Shown in pieces: positions 11,655 to 23,600 of a stretch of DNA of 64,000 bases. A program made the translations under genes and the position numbers. The notes below the pieces were generated by a model. That model made no database searches, was not told the DNA's origin, and saw only the letters and a list, made by a program, of their open reading frames with translations. The stretch covers positions 403,326 through 467,325 of the forward strand of contig BFEA01000013.1 of NCBI GenBank assembly GCA_003427395.1, written 5' to 3'. The first letter of the stretch is position 1. Each line of letters opens with the position of its first letter. Source of the stretch: Chara braunii. Its lineage: Eukaryota > Plantae > Charophyceae.

Positions 11655-13814
11655 TTAGGCAGGGCCTCTCTTCCTCGGGCTGGTTCTATGAACTTGATGC
11701 TTGACACTGGGGGTTCCCTTGGACAACCCTCCCGGTGACTCCACCATTTGAATGTGAGTAGTGTTGGAGGAGCTTACGACTTTCGGTTTCTTCCCCAGTC
11801 TAGCCTCCTGAAGGGCTACTCTGTTGTCCACGTTCACTTTCATTGATGGGTAAAAGGAGACCGCCTCTTCGCAATCTTCCCACACAACCCGTTTGTTCTC
11901 ATTAAGCTTGACCACCCCCAACCTTAAGGCCTCCGTGAGATAAGGGCCGTCCCTTTTGATGTGATTTTCTTCATTGCAGTAGACACACCCGCTTCGAGCT
12001 TGGGGATTGTTGGGGCGCGGACCCCCTTGTGTGGCCGCCGCTAGGGGTGCAGGCGGAGCCGGCGGTGGTGGTGCTGGTGGTGGTGGCGCTTTAACCTCCG
12101 GTCGCGGCCCAATGGCCCTTTCTTGAGGGGAGTCTCCCCACCTTCCATCCCTAGCATCCTTCCAATGGGAACCCCCCCAATCGGAACCACGATTCCCCCC
12201 TATCTCCCGGTCGTTCCTCCAACCTCCTTGGCCACTTGATTCACTCCTCCATCCGGTCGGCCGTTCTCCCAACCGGGGAACCGGCGGACCAGGGGGCGGT
12301 CTATCGCTCCCCCTTGGACCATCGCTCTGCGTGCCTCGCATGTTGCGGAGTGTCATGTCTAAGGTCTCCTTCATGTATTCCCTCACGTTTACTCCTCCTC
12401 CTGTGAAAACCACCTCCGCCACTTTTTCGAAATCGGCGGAATCCCTCGGGGCCTTTCAAGGACCTCTTTCCGTTTCTCCTCGGGCAGGTGCAACATGAAC
12501 ATCACGCACCTATCCACTTCAGACAGCATCTCCCTATCCACTAGGGCTTGGGACAGGCGTTTGAACCTTCAGGTGAAGGCCACCAAGCTTTCCCGCTCCC
12601 CCTTTGTAATTCGTCGCAAGCCTTCCACGGTCGGGATCAGGTCATCACAGGCGAAAGTCTGCAGTAGGCTCGCCCTGAAGGTCCTCCACCGCCCGTCTGA
12701 GGGGTAGATAGCCCGGATCGCGGTGTCTAACTCGGGGTCCGAGTGCTGGATGAAATAGTCGATCCACTCCCTTTCGGAGAATCTCTTCCGGTAAGCGTAA
12801 CTTTCTCATTTCTCCACGAACCCAGTCACATCTCGTCCGTCGAAGAAAAGTGCCTCCAGACCCAGGTTGACGTCATAGTAAGGGACTCGTCTGTCGTCGT
12901 ATCGGCGAAAATCGGGATCCTCCATTGGTCCATCGATTGTCGGGTCGTACGGCTTGTACCATGAGGGATCCGGCTCCTCTACCCGGCCCCGAGGTCTCGG
13001 TGGTTCCCAGGGGTCTTCCCCGTAGCGGCCCCGCTCATCCGGCCAATCCGCCTCCCACCGAGCGTGGCCCGACCCTCTTAAGCTTCTTCAGGCCTCCACC
13101 CCTTGACTCCTGCCCGTCATCTCGCCGGGAGCCCATGCAGCATCCGCTTCTCTTACGGCCCATCTCCGTGGCCTACTGCCAGCCTCCGCCGGCCTCTTGT
13201 CTCTAAGGCCCCTTCTACTCGGTCCCCCTTCCTCTTCTCTCCGGGGTGGTCGGTACCCCCCCCTATCTCTTGGAAATTCTAAGGCTTCTCCCATTCTTGC
13301 GCCCGGTGAATCCCCCCACCGAGATTCTATAGGAAGGTCCCTCGAGCCCTCGATCGCTCCTTTCCGCGCAGGCATTCGCATCTCGGTACCAGTTCTCGGT
13401 ACCAGTTCTCAGTCCCACTAAGGCCTGTCTTTCACCTGTGACAGCCTCCGGTACCCTTTCGACCCATCTCCGCGGCCCGCCGCCGACCTCTGCTGACCTC
13501 CCCTCCCTCAGGTCCCTCCTGTCCTGACACTCCTCTTCCTCCCTCCTAAGTGATCGATACCCCTGTCTATCTCCAGGAAATCCCCGCGCTTCTTCTAACC
13601 TTGCTTCCGCATTCATTAGGTGAGCCCAACGGGACTCCATCGGAACGCCTCTCGCGGCTTCGGCGACCCCTTCGTTTACCGGCACCCGCGGCCCCACATC
13701 CCTGTGCACTCGCACTTCCGTGCCAGCCCTTTGCCCCTCCGAGGCTTGTCTCTCCCCCGGAGCCATTTCCGGACCCACCTCGGCCCTATCTAGCGTCTCC
13801 GCCCCTTCTGTCAT
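11655..13814 (-). pseudogene. gag: Gag of the nested element (fragmented)
   Basis: Degenerate zinc knuckle CVYCNEENHIKRDG. FFDGRDVTGF capsid-like motif near 12830. Candidate ATG at 13814. Confidence 0.8.
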
Positions 13815-13904
13815 TTCTTCTCTATCCCCCTTCTTTCAGTGGCTTCCGGCGGACTTGAGAGACCAGCCTCCACTTCACTCTCCATGCACCCCTATTGGCA
13901 ATTT

Positions 13905-14794
13905 CTAGTCGCTTCCCTCACTATCGCCCGTGTTACTTCCCGGCTCATCCTTCTCACTATTGTCCCCGTTATCTTCCGAGTTCTTCTCCTCCTTCGATCC
14001 CCCCTTCTCCTCACTAGAATCCTCGTCAGTACCTTCCCCTTCCGACTCCTGGCTGGTCACCGTCCACCAGGAATCCCTTCGTTTCCTCTCCTCGTTGGCG
14101 GCCAACGCAAGATTCACGATCTCAAGGTCCGAGACGCCCCTAATCCCCTCTTGCGCGCACCTCCTTATCAGATCTCGGTCCACATCACCCGCCTGCCCGG
14201 AGAACAGGGGCTTGATAAACTCCCCAACGCGTGCCCACCACTCAAAGTCGGTGTCCTTTCTCGACTCCCAGCACTGGGTGAACAGTTTGTGGCCCCCTTC
14301 TTCACCCAGAGGGAATTTTTCTATCACTTGACCCCTCAATCAGACTCTCCTCACGGTCTCGTCGTAAGCGTAGAGTAGTCAATAGGCCCAGGTAGGAATG
14401 GTCCAAGTTCTCCCGTGGGCTGCCCTCGGGACTTCCGTCCTCCCTCGGTATTCTACCTGGTCGATCACAAGGTCCCCGGTGCCAACTCTTCTTAATCTTT
14501 GCACTCGTTCTAGGGCTCTTTCGGCGATGCCTAGAGGATCTTTCCCTTCCGCTAATTCAGTTGCGAAGATTAGCCGAGCGTCAGGGGACAAAAATATTTC
14601 CGCCTTTCTCGTGCAACTATTCCCCTCGGATGCTACTGAGAACCTGACCACTGTCTCCTGCTCGTAGATTTTGAAGAACTCGGTAGTTACCTCTCCTTCT
14701 CCTCTAACTTTCGGAGAGTCACTCCATATCTCCCTCCCCACGTCAAAACCCTATCCAAGGTACCGTAAGGGTCCCCCCTTTCGTATCTAATCAT
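13905..14794 (-). pseudogene. Accessory ORF, family 2 paralog, with acidic tail
   Basis: Track ORFs 14379-14741 and 13905-14339 are in frame across two TGA codons. Motifs IFLSPDA, EVPR, IPTWAY, HKLFTQCW. ATG at 14794 is out of frame by a frameshift. Confidence 0.65.
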
Positions 14795-14801
14795 AGGAGC
14801 A

Positions 14802-15278
14802 TCACCTCACGCCTGCCAACCTCAGGGCGGCCTCGACCAATGAATCCTTGCACTTAGCACGACCGGCCTCTCTGTCCCCTCTCAGAGTTTGGCGCAAAAC
14901 CTCCTCGTATTCGCCCGTTCTATCCCAAAATCGGGTCTGCACAAGGTGTGTCCTAGATGTCAGCGGCGTTCCTAGATACCTAGGATCCTCCTCGAACTTT
15001 CTTTCTACTTCCAGCAAAGGCTCCCTCCAAGTCCTAGAGAATCTCACGCCACTCGCGTCTCTAATGTGGAATGAAAAGGTAGCTAGCATGGTCCAACTTC
15101 TCTTTTTCCACAAGGCCATCCTTCAGACTTCCACTAGAAATTTTGTCTCGGCGCGGACTATGCGGTCCTCTCCCAATTCCGGGTTAAGCTCGGCACCCCC
15201 CTCGATCCGAACCTCGCTACCGTCCTCGTAGGTCTCTAATTCCCAACGAATCCTATTGGAGACGAACGAGGCTCTCAT
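14802..15278 (-). pseudogene. Accessory ORF (~158 codons, one internal TGA); possible distant family 2 member
   Basis: ATG at 15278 lies 4 nt after the previous stop and is in frame with track ORF 14802-15119. Confidence 0.55.
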
Positions 15279-15282
15279 CCCC

Positions 15283-16210
15283 TCACCACGAGAGAAGATC
15301 TATAGTGACCTTGTCGAGGATAGCGATCGTGGCCGTCTCAAGTAGCTTGATCCTGGCTAAGGACCCTGGCCTAGCCCTCCTCTCTTCTTCCCAACACAGA
15401 GCAAGGAACCGGTGAACTTCCTCCCTTACGCTATCCAACCCCACAAGCTCCTCAAGGTCCGACTCGGTCATCCCTTAACTTTCGTCGACGACACGCAATT
15501 GCTATCCGAATTGAGTCAGAGGGGTCCAACCCCGCTAGCTCTCCCTCGGAGATCTTACCTAAGTATCTCCACGATATTGTAGACTCCCTCGCGTGTCGAC
15601 CCCACCCTTCAAAGGCGTAACCCAGGTCCTCTAGCGTCGACCAATCGTGTCTACAGGAGTCCCGAAAACACCAAGTTAACAAGGTGTGAAGGTCCGATCC
15701 CGTGAACCTGAACTGACTTAAGATGGAAACCCGTCTTCCTACCGCCCTTTTGACAACCTCGGAGGGGTAAACTCGCTCAAAAATGAAACAGGGGACCTCC
15801 ACAAGCTCGCTGGAGAGGAACCGCGGTATCTCTTTCAAACCCCCGTAGGTCACTAGATATACCTCGTCGCACCCTTCGTGAGGTCTCATCTCCTCTACTA
15901 ACTCCCCTAGCCGGCCCCTCACAGCTCGAGCGTCCCAGAGAGGGTCCTGCCCAATCCGTAAGCTACGCGCTATCTCAACAAGCCCCTCCCTCGAGAGGAA
16001 TATTCGGGTTTCTCCCACTACAACCTCCCCCTGGCGACTCACCGCAAATCGTATGAACGCCTTACCGCGCCGGATCTCCCCTTCTTCTCGCAGGAGAGTC
16101 CTTGTCAGTTCAGTCAACGAGGCCCTAGGTAGAGTGACACTGATAACCTCCCCGGTATCCTCTACGGGCTCTATGGACGCCCAAAGAGTTCTCGGAATCC
16201 TCCTTATCAT
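15283..16210 (-). CDS. Accessory ORF, family 2 paralog (252 aa, plus an overlapping or frameshifted 62-aa tail)
   Basis: IFLSREG, EIPR, VPCFIF, LHTLLTWCF. Confidence 0.7.
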
Positions 16211-16287
16211 CGGCCCTCGAAACCCCTCCGGTTAGCCACCTGCTCTTCTCCGAAGAGGCGGGCGTACGGAACGTCCGCGATGAGAGA

Positions 16288-16935
16288 TCAGAGTCCCTCA
16301 AACTCCCTCAATCTTCCGAATATGGCGGATAGCTCACTCCTTGGGGGAATTCCCGCGTCCACGCACCGAGTATAAAGCGAGAACAAACCCCTAGCCCGTA
16401 CCCCGGATTCTCGAGCCGTCCTAAGCACCGCTACTACCTTCTCCTCCGGGTCTCTTAGGAAAGAGCTGGCCACAAACTGGGGCAGATTAGTGTGGAGGAC
16501 CCCGGACGAGCGAGGGACCTCGCCGGGCTCAGCGAAGGGCAGTAGCGTCCACGATTCGAAAGTCCCTTCCTCATAGTCAGCTAACACTAGGTCGTTTGCC
16601 AACTGCCTTGCGAACTCACGGTATTCAAAATGCGTCAATTGTTCGGTTACCAAGCCCCTCCAGACTTCGGCCCACACCTCTTCGTTAAAAAAAATTGTAG
16701 CCCGAATCTCCAGGAAACGACCGAGGTCGGGTGAGCCTCCTCTCTCCACACCTTCCTTCCAAGTGAGCCTTCGAGCTCGAACCCACACGTAGGCCCCTTC
16801 TCGGATCAGTCCCCCTTTCTCAACGCTCATCCAATAAGGGGTTACTTGAGGGTCACCTGGAACCAAAACCTTCTCGGTGTCACTGACCTCTATTGATTCC
16901 ACCACCCCGTTTTCACTGAGCTCGAACTTCACCAT
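16288..16935 (-). CDS. Accessory ORF, family 2 paralog (215 aa)
   Basis: LGRFLEIRATIFFNEEVW, EVPRSS, LFSLYTRCVDAGIPPR; open frame with ATG. Confidence 0.78.
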   Translation of the reverse strand: MVKFELSENGVVESIEVSDTEKVLVPGDPQVTPYWMSVEKGGLIREGAYVWVRARRLTWKEGVERGGSPDLGRFLEIRATIFFNEEVWAEVWRGLVTEQLTHFEYREFARQLANDLVLADYEEGTFESWTLLPFAEPGEVPRSSGVLHTNLPQFVASSFLRDPEEKVVAVLRTARESGVRARGLFSLYTRCVDAGIPPRSELSAIFGRLREFEGL

Positions 16936-17599
16936 CTGCTATCGTCGTTCTAAAGGCTGACCTGCGATATTTTTCAGGAGAGAGAGTGAAGGGCTTTTCT
17001 AGGGACCCTAGCCTCCGGAAAATACCCCAGAGTTTTTTGCGCGGCGGAATTCCCTGATCGATGCAGTGCGTATACAGCACCCACAGGGCCCTGAAGGTAA
17101 GCCCCAAACCCCTACCCCTCTCTAGAAGACACACTATCCTTCCCTCGTTTGCCCTAGGGAACATGTAAGACGGCACCCTCACAGTTAACGGGTAACTTGA
17201 CCTTGGAAGCTCTCTCTCCCTCGCGAACCTCTCCCTTTCCACAGACAAGAATGCAAGTCGCTCTCTAACCTTACTTATCCACTCCCCTCTCACTTCTCTC
17301 GCCTCGCGTAACAACTTTTCCATCCCACCCCCTTGTCCCAGAATTAGGGGTACTACGAGCTTCGCCCAAGCCTCAGGTGCTACGAAAATTATCGCTGTTA
17401 CTTCAAGACTCCGCCCAAGACCTTGGCCTTCTACCTCTTTGGACTCTACCCACACGAATTCCCCACTAACCGTGGACTTCCCTCCTTCTATCCTTTTCCA
17501 ATCAGGAACTTCCCCGTTGCTAGGGACCAGCCTAAGGGCCTCGCGGTCTTCTAAGGAGGACTCTACGAAGCATCCCTGCTGTCTATCATGGAACACCAT
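16913..17599 (-). CDS. Accessory ORF, family 2 paralog (228 aa)
   Basis: LGRSLEVTAIIFVAPEAW, ELPRSS, VPSYMF, LWVLYTHCIDQGIPPR; open frame with ATG. Confidence 0.78.
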   Translation of the reverse strand: MVFHDRQQGCFVESSLEDREALRLVPSNGEVPDWKRIEGGKSTVSGEFVWVESKEVEGQGLGRSLEVTAIIFVAPEAWAKLVVPLILGQGGGMEKLLREAREVRGEWISKVRERLAFLSVERERFARERELPRSSYPLTVRVPSYMFPRANEGRIVCLLERGRGLGLTFRALWVLYTHCIDQGIPPRKKLWGIFRRLGSLEKPFTLSPEKYRRSAFRTTIADGEVRAQ

Positions 17600-17603
17600 T
17601 CAT

Positions 17604-18343
17604 TTAGAAGATCCTTTGTGGCACCCCGAAGACTCTTTGGTATCCGTAGTCCCTTCCTCCCTCGCGGTCTTGGGTAGACTCCCTAAAGATCCCGGCACGA
17701 ATCCTACACGCCTTGATCCCGTATGGCACCGGGTTATCCACGCAATAGTTGTAGTACCAATGGAGCGACCTAAGGGAGAGCTGCCACCCCCTTTCTCGTA
17801 CTATGGACTGCACAACCCTGTCGTACCACTTCTCCTTCCCGCTCACCCTTCGGAAAACGAACGATGGGAAAATGGCTCTGACGCACCCTGTGGCGCGAGG
17901 GTATTCTTCGTCTCGCACGCAGGTCACCCTTACCTCAATGGGCGGGCTGTGTCTAAGGGGTTCAGCCTGAAAGATCTGCCTCAAAATTGGACCCGCTCGT
18001 GCCTCCCAATGATCCGTACAGTACCACCACAGGTCCAAATGTGTGACGTAATCGATCCAGGCCTCCTTACTTAAGTAGACAGTTCCTTCCGCACGGATCA
18101 CCGTTCGCCTGGGTCTCTTCCCGTTCTGGGGCCTGTTCCGGGACCACATGTCCCCCTCCCAAGTTCCTATCGCGAAACGAGCCCAAAGAAAAAACCCTCG
18201 TTCTAGCTCTAACCCCCTCTTGCGACCGGCTAGATACCTCTCCGTGCGGTGGTCTAAGGGACGCTGAAGAACTCCCTGTCTTTGCTCAAATCCGCCTTCT
18301 CTATCCGAACTCCTTCCTTAGTACCCTCGACGATCCTAACCAT
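17604..18343 (-). pseudogene. Accessory ORF, family 2 paralog (N-terminus disrupted)
   Basis: VYLSKEAW, EYPRAT, FPSFVF, LHWYYNYCVD. The original start is probably ATG 18343 (MVRIVEG..DREFFSVP), which overlaps the upstream ORF end. Confidence 0.68.
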
Positions 18344-18701
18344 TCCCTTGGACTATCTCTTCTATGATTTGAACCAGCGCCCTCCAATCGTGCGACCCGT
18401 CTAGGAAAGCGTTCGGAATAGTGGGGACAGGCCTACCCCCTCGTGAAAACGTCCTACACCCCAACAAGTAGAAGTAGTTAATCTCGTAAGCCCCCAGCAA
18501 TTGCCTCTCAAGTTGTGCATGACCGATCGCTTCCTCCCAGCTATCCAAATATCATGCCTCCCTATTAACACCCTCTTCTACGTACAAGGCTATGTCGAAG
18601 TGGCCGGTCCATCAGTAGAAGGTATAGCACCACACGTTTACCCCGCCTCGATCACCTACAGTAATCCCTGCGGGCTCAAACTCCAAAGGCCTCAAGCTCA
18701 T
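18336..18701 (-). pseudogene. Accessory ORF, family 1 copy 2 (~121 codons, two internal TGA)
   Basis: My translation: MSLRPLEF..VNVWCYTFY*WTGHFDIALYVEEG..YFYLLGCRTFSRGGRPVPTIPNAFLDGS. Confidence 0.72.
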
Positions 18702-19055
18702 GTATTCGCCGCTCCCACCACTCTCTCCACAATCCCAACTAGCACTTTCTATTCATCCGACCCATCGAGATAAGCGTCCGGAATTACCGGCGTCGGGCGA
18801 CCACCTCTGGGGTAGGTTCGATATCCTAGAGAGTAGAAATACTTGTACCCATAACCCGTTAATTCCTCACAAGTACCGCGGGAATGTCCTATCGCCTCTT
18901 CCCAATAGAAGGAAGTCCTCTCCTTGATCTTGTCCCTCCTCTACATAGACACCTACATCAAAGTCACCCGTCCATAGTCGAAAGGAGTAAAACCACACGT
19001 CAACACTACCGTACGTACACACACTAATCCATTCTGGAACGACTTCTAGGCTCAT
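18698..19055 (-). pseudogene. Accessory ORF, family 1 copy 1 (~118 codons, frameshift and stop)
   Basis: MSLEVVPE..VDVWFYSFRLWTGDFDVGVYVEEG../YFYSLGYRTYPRGGRPTPVIPDAYLDGS. Its TGA overlaps the next ATG (ATGA, 18698-18701). Confidence 0.72.
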
Positions 19056-20621
19056 GGAGTATAATCAAAGGAAAATTTCTTAAGTTCCTATTTCCTTTTG
19101 GCCACCCGAGAGACCACCTCTATCCCGCAAGGAAAAGAAGCCTGTGACCTCAGAAGGATCAAATGGACCAGAGAAGGAACGTCGTCTCACTCGGCTACCT
19201 TCCTGTCCTCCCCCGCTGAGAGACTCCTCCCCACTCCCGGCCGAGAGACTAGCCGCGGACACAGGTTATCCCCGAGGAAGGGTGGCAACCCCCTCCCCGG
19301 AGTCGGACCGAAGTCACACACCCGGGCCCTATGTCTCCCACTGAACCGACCTCTAGTCCTAAGTTAGCCTATCCGGCACCACGCCTCTACTCGGCCCACC
19401 TCAAGCGTGGAATTACCCGGGTCCCAGGACAAGATCCACCTATGTATCAGAAATCACTAGCCTATCTACTCCCTCCCCATTCTCCATATCGTGAACTCTT
19501 CGCAATTCGTCATCTTCTCCCTTTTTCCGCCTCCTGCTGCCTATTTTCTCTCTTGGAATCACCGGAAGATCGGGGAATTAGAAAAAGGGGTGGGAAGAGC
19601 GGAGCTTTAGGAAGAGGCTCTCAGGTGAGGTAGATAAACATACGTACCTTAAGTCTTCAATATTCGTTATCATAGTCGCAATAGTCCCCCAGATCCGAGT
19701 CCGACAAATTGGCTAGACACCGGTCCACCCAGGAGTCGGTCTCCGATCCCTCGTCCAAGGTCCCCCAAGTACCCCCTTCTTCTCTAACGCCCTCGCTAAG
19801 ACGGGTAGGTGAGCCTCTCTCTCCCCCTCGCCCCGGCACCCGTAACACCACTCTCCTCTCCCCCAAGTCCCGAACCAGTCCCGTTTGAGAGTCCCGCTCC
19901 CCTGTGGGAGTAGGAACCGTCGTCAGCCCCCGCGGGTCGAGAACCGAAGCCCCTAACCCCTCTCTAGACACCCTCTCTCGTGCGGGACTTTGCCCCCGGG
20001 TAGGCGCCCTCCACAACCCGTGCGGATCAAGAATACTTGGCGACCCCCTCGGGTCCCAAATAGACAGCGCCCCCGGACCCTCTCGGACCCCTCTCTCCTC
20101 TCTTTCCCTCCCCCTCTCTCTTTCTCCCCCTTGAGCAGACCCCCTTACGCTATTTTCCCGGACTATTATTCTTCCCACCCTTTTGCCGTTCTTCACCCTC
20201 ATTCAGCCCCCTCAAGCAAACTGTGCTCCCCCTTCGTTTTCAACTTTTCATAAATAAACACTCGTAAAAATCAAGCACTCAAAAGGAACTGACCTGTTTA
20301 CCCCTTCGAAGGCCGGAAGTGGGAGCCAAGATCGCAAGCGGGTCGGAGTGGACCTGCAAAAGCCAAGGAGACGAACCCAACACCCAAAACCCCTCGCACC
20401 GGACAAAACCCAACAACAAACCCCACCCCAATAAACCCCTCGCCGACATCACCGTGATCACCGTGGAGAATCCGCTGGAGACTACCTTGAAGACGTGTGT
20501 CGAAGAGCTCGATGCCAAAATTTTGAAGAACACCGCAAACTCACTCCACCGCTGCATGTCACGCTGGTCCTCCCTCACCCCGTAGTTGTTGAGCCGGCCG
20601 CGGCCGCGGGAGAAATGCTCA

Positions 20622-20639
20622 TCCCTGGCAACGGCGCCA
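20622..20639 (-). promoter_or_regulatory. Primer-binding site complementary to plant tRNA-Asp 3' end
   Basis: Minus strand TGGCGCCGTTGCCAGGGA, 3 nt inside the 5' LTR; one mismatch to the Athila-type PBS TGGCGCCGTTGCCGGGGA. Confidence 0.88.
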
Positions 20640-20642
20640 CTT

Positions 20643-23600
20643 TGTCGGGGTAACCCCCCCCCTTAGTCGGCGATTGCCCGGCCCCCCGCCTTTTGCTCTT
20701 TACTTAGTGCCCCCCTTCTTTCAGTTTCTCCATCCCTGCGAGTTTGCAAGACCGCTCTCCGTTTCACACCGGGCGAGAGCCCGTCCAGATGACCAGTTTT
20801 AACTGCTCGTCCTTTAGTTCTGAGCTTTGCCCTGCAGGTCGGTTAGGTGCCTTACCCCCACTCAGAGCGGTGCCAACGAACTCTAGGAACGGGGGATTCA
20901 AGTGAAAGCATGCACACACAAAACCGGAGATCTTGATTCAGCTTCTGCCAATCTTCAGGGTAAGTACTGTCAAAGCGAGCATGCTTCTTCCTGGCTTTCA
21001 CTCCCGTACGAAGCCAAAGAACTTTTTAGGATATTAGAGCACAAGCATCTTTGCACACACGAAGCCAGAGAACCCGGTTTCTACCAACAGTAAGAACGAA
21101 AACTGGTATTCCAGTCTGGCAAAAAAAGCAGGTGTCTTCCCCCCCCTTCGCTCGAGCCCCCCCCCCTTCTTGGTTTTCGTCGGCACCCTCCCGAAAAGCG
21201 GTACGGATCAGGAGTATTCGTCAAGCGATCTGCAAAAAAAAGGAAAAGAAAAAAAGAAAAAAATATATCGCAAACAAGATCCGAAAGCAAGGGATCTGAA
21301 TCCTCGCACTGGTTCACCGCGAACAAGACCCGAAAGCAAAAGTCCAAATCCTCGACCCGACTTCCCGCGGATACCACTCCCCACTCGCTCTGCCCAGGGC
21401 CTGCGATCATGCGAACGGTAGTGGAAGGATTTTACCTGAGAGAATCACGGGAAACAAAAACATGCAGCAGAAAGAGGGACCGGCAAGCGAACCCAAAAAG
21501 GGGCGACCCGCTGATCGGGAGTTTGGGCCAGGCGGACAGTCTAGATGACAGACCGGAGATCAAGCATGGCTATCCGTCGGGCGAGTGGCCGAAGCGATCG
21601 GCTTGCCGCCGATCAGGGACAGTCCTTTCTTCCCTTCTTCCCAACTTCTCTCTCCCCTCTCCCGTTCTCTCAGCCTCTCCCTCTCTTTCTCTCTTTCCTT
21701 CCGTCTCTCTTTCTTCCTTTCCCTCCCTTTCTCACAGCCCCTCCTGCGCTCTCGAATGAAGAGGTGACATTAAGCTGTGTGGTGCACGAGCGCTAGCTCC
21801 TTCTGCCACGTGCTTTCCCCTACCTTTCATGCGCCCGAGCTCCCGGACTCACTGCGCAAAAAAAACTTCCCCCACCCCTCTCCTCTTCTCGGTGCTCTCC
21901 TCCCCTCGCTCGAGCGACCCGCTTCAGTGTCGTTCATGCCCGTACTTGCCCCCCCCTCCTGACTACGCCCCCCCCCTCTTGCGCTCTCCCAGCCTCTCAG
22001 ACAGGGAGGTCCTCTCTATCCCTCCCTCGCCCTCTCTCTCTTTTTTTCCCTCTCTCTCCCTCTCTCCCTCTCTCTCTTTTTCTCGAACTTGTTTGGCTCT
22101 CTTCACGGCTCTTCCACCCGATGTCGCTTCCCGCGGAGGCCTCGAGGTCCCCTGTCGGCAGGTCCTGGCGCCGGACGCTGGTGCGCTCTGGTGGAGTAGC
22201 TTGAACTCCCTCTCCTTTTCGCCCTCTCTTTCCTCTGGCCAGCTCGCTCGTCGAGCGCCCCTCCCCGCGTGCGGAGTTCGCCACTTCGTGTCGTTTGGCC
22301 ACGATCTCCAGCCTCTTCTTCCGCTCTGCTCTTCTCTATCTCTCTCTTTTTCTCTTCCCTGCGCCCGACCCTCTTCCTGGCGCCAGCGTCTCGAACTTGT
22401 GCATAAAAACGCGAGCGCTCGAGCTCTCGCGCTCTCCTACCCCGTGCTCTCCTTCCCCAAAGGATCTCCCTCCACTCTCCCCTCTCCCTCGCCCACGAGG
22501 ACGCAGCCGGGCCCACTCACCGGCGAACCTTCTCGCTCTTTCCCTCGCTTGTGGGCGAGCTGGCTAGCTTACTAGCCCCTCTCGTGAGCGACGTGCGGCT
22601 GAACTGGTCCGCATGCGTACGCCCAAAGAACCCTTCTTCGACGGGGCATGACGACCGCCAAATCTACTCAGTGCGCGCTTCTTCTTCTCTCCTCCTCCCT
22701 TCCTACCTCTTCCCCATCCCTTCTCTCTTCGTCTCCTCACGCCCTCATACCATCTCTTACATGTCGGGCGCTTCCTCGGGCGCAACGGCGCAAGCCAGAT
22801 CAACCCGTGCGTTAGAGAACTTCAACCAAATCCTCGTGCGAGCCCGTAGCTCCCTCGACACTAGCACTTCTCCTCTAGTCCTAGCCCCTGCACTCTCCCC
22901 CTCGGCCTCTCTTTCTCTTTTTCTCCCCGGAACGAGCGCAGACGAACTCTAACATCCTTCGTGCGCATCCGTACTCGCACGCCCCCCTTTCACTCTCCTC
23001 TCCCCTTCCTTTTATACCTTTTTCTCTCTCGTACATCGATCCTTCCTTCCTCTTTTCTGCCAATCTGCGTTCCCTTCTCTTCGATTCATGACGCTCTCCT
23101 TTCCTCTTCATTCTCGCGCCAACAGTCTTGCCAAATTTTCGATTTTTTCGCAAAGTTCCTGTCACTTTTCCATTCTCCTGCTTCTTCTTCGAAGTTCCCT
23201 CCGTTTTTCCCCCGAACGCTCCTCCTCACTTCGCGATCTTCCCTTCCCTTCTTGTTAATCGGATTGCTCGCTTCGCCCTGCAGGAAAACCGACTGTACTT
23301 CGGCCCAGTCCCCGCCCAAGTACATTACCGAGAGCTTACCTCCCGCCCTCGTCGCTTGCCCTTCCCTACGAACCGCCTCCCTTTTCCCTTCCATGCTTCC
23401 TTTACTCCCAGGTCCTCCTCGCCCGCCTAATCCAGCTTGTTATGCCCGCAGGAGCTCCCACACTCTGCCTGGCCAACTCCAATTTCAAGCCCCCGCTGAT
23501 GCGCTCGCGATTGTCATCTCTTCTCCAATCCCATCGTTCGTTTTCCCCCTTTTCGGATCTTTTCTCCTTGCTTATAGTCGGGAACAAAAGCCCGCGCCGC

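Noticed and set aside
18150-18165. Shine-Dalgarno-like GGGAGG before an accessory ORF ATG
   Set aside because: That strand is purine-rich throughout, and the motif is not consistent at the other starts.
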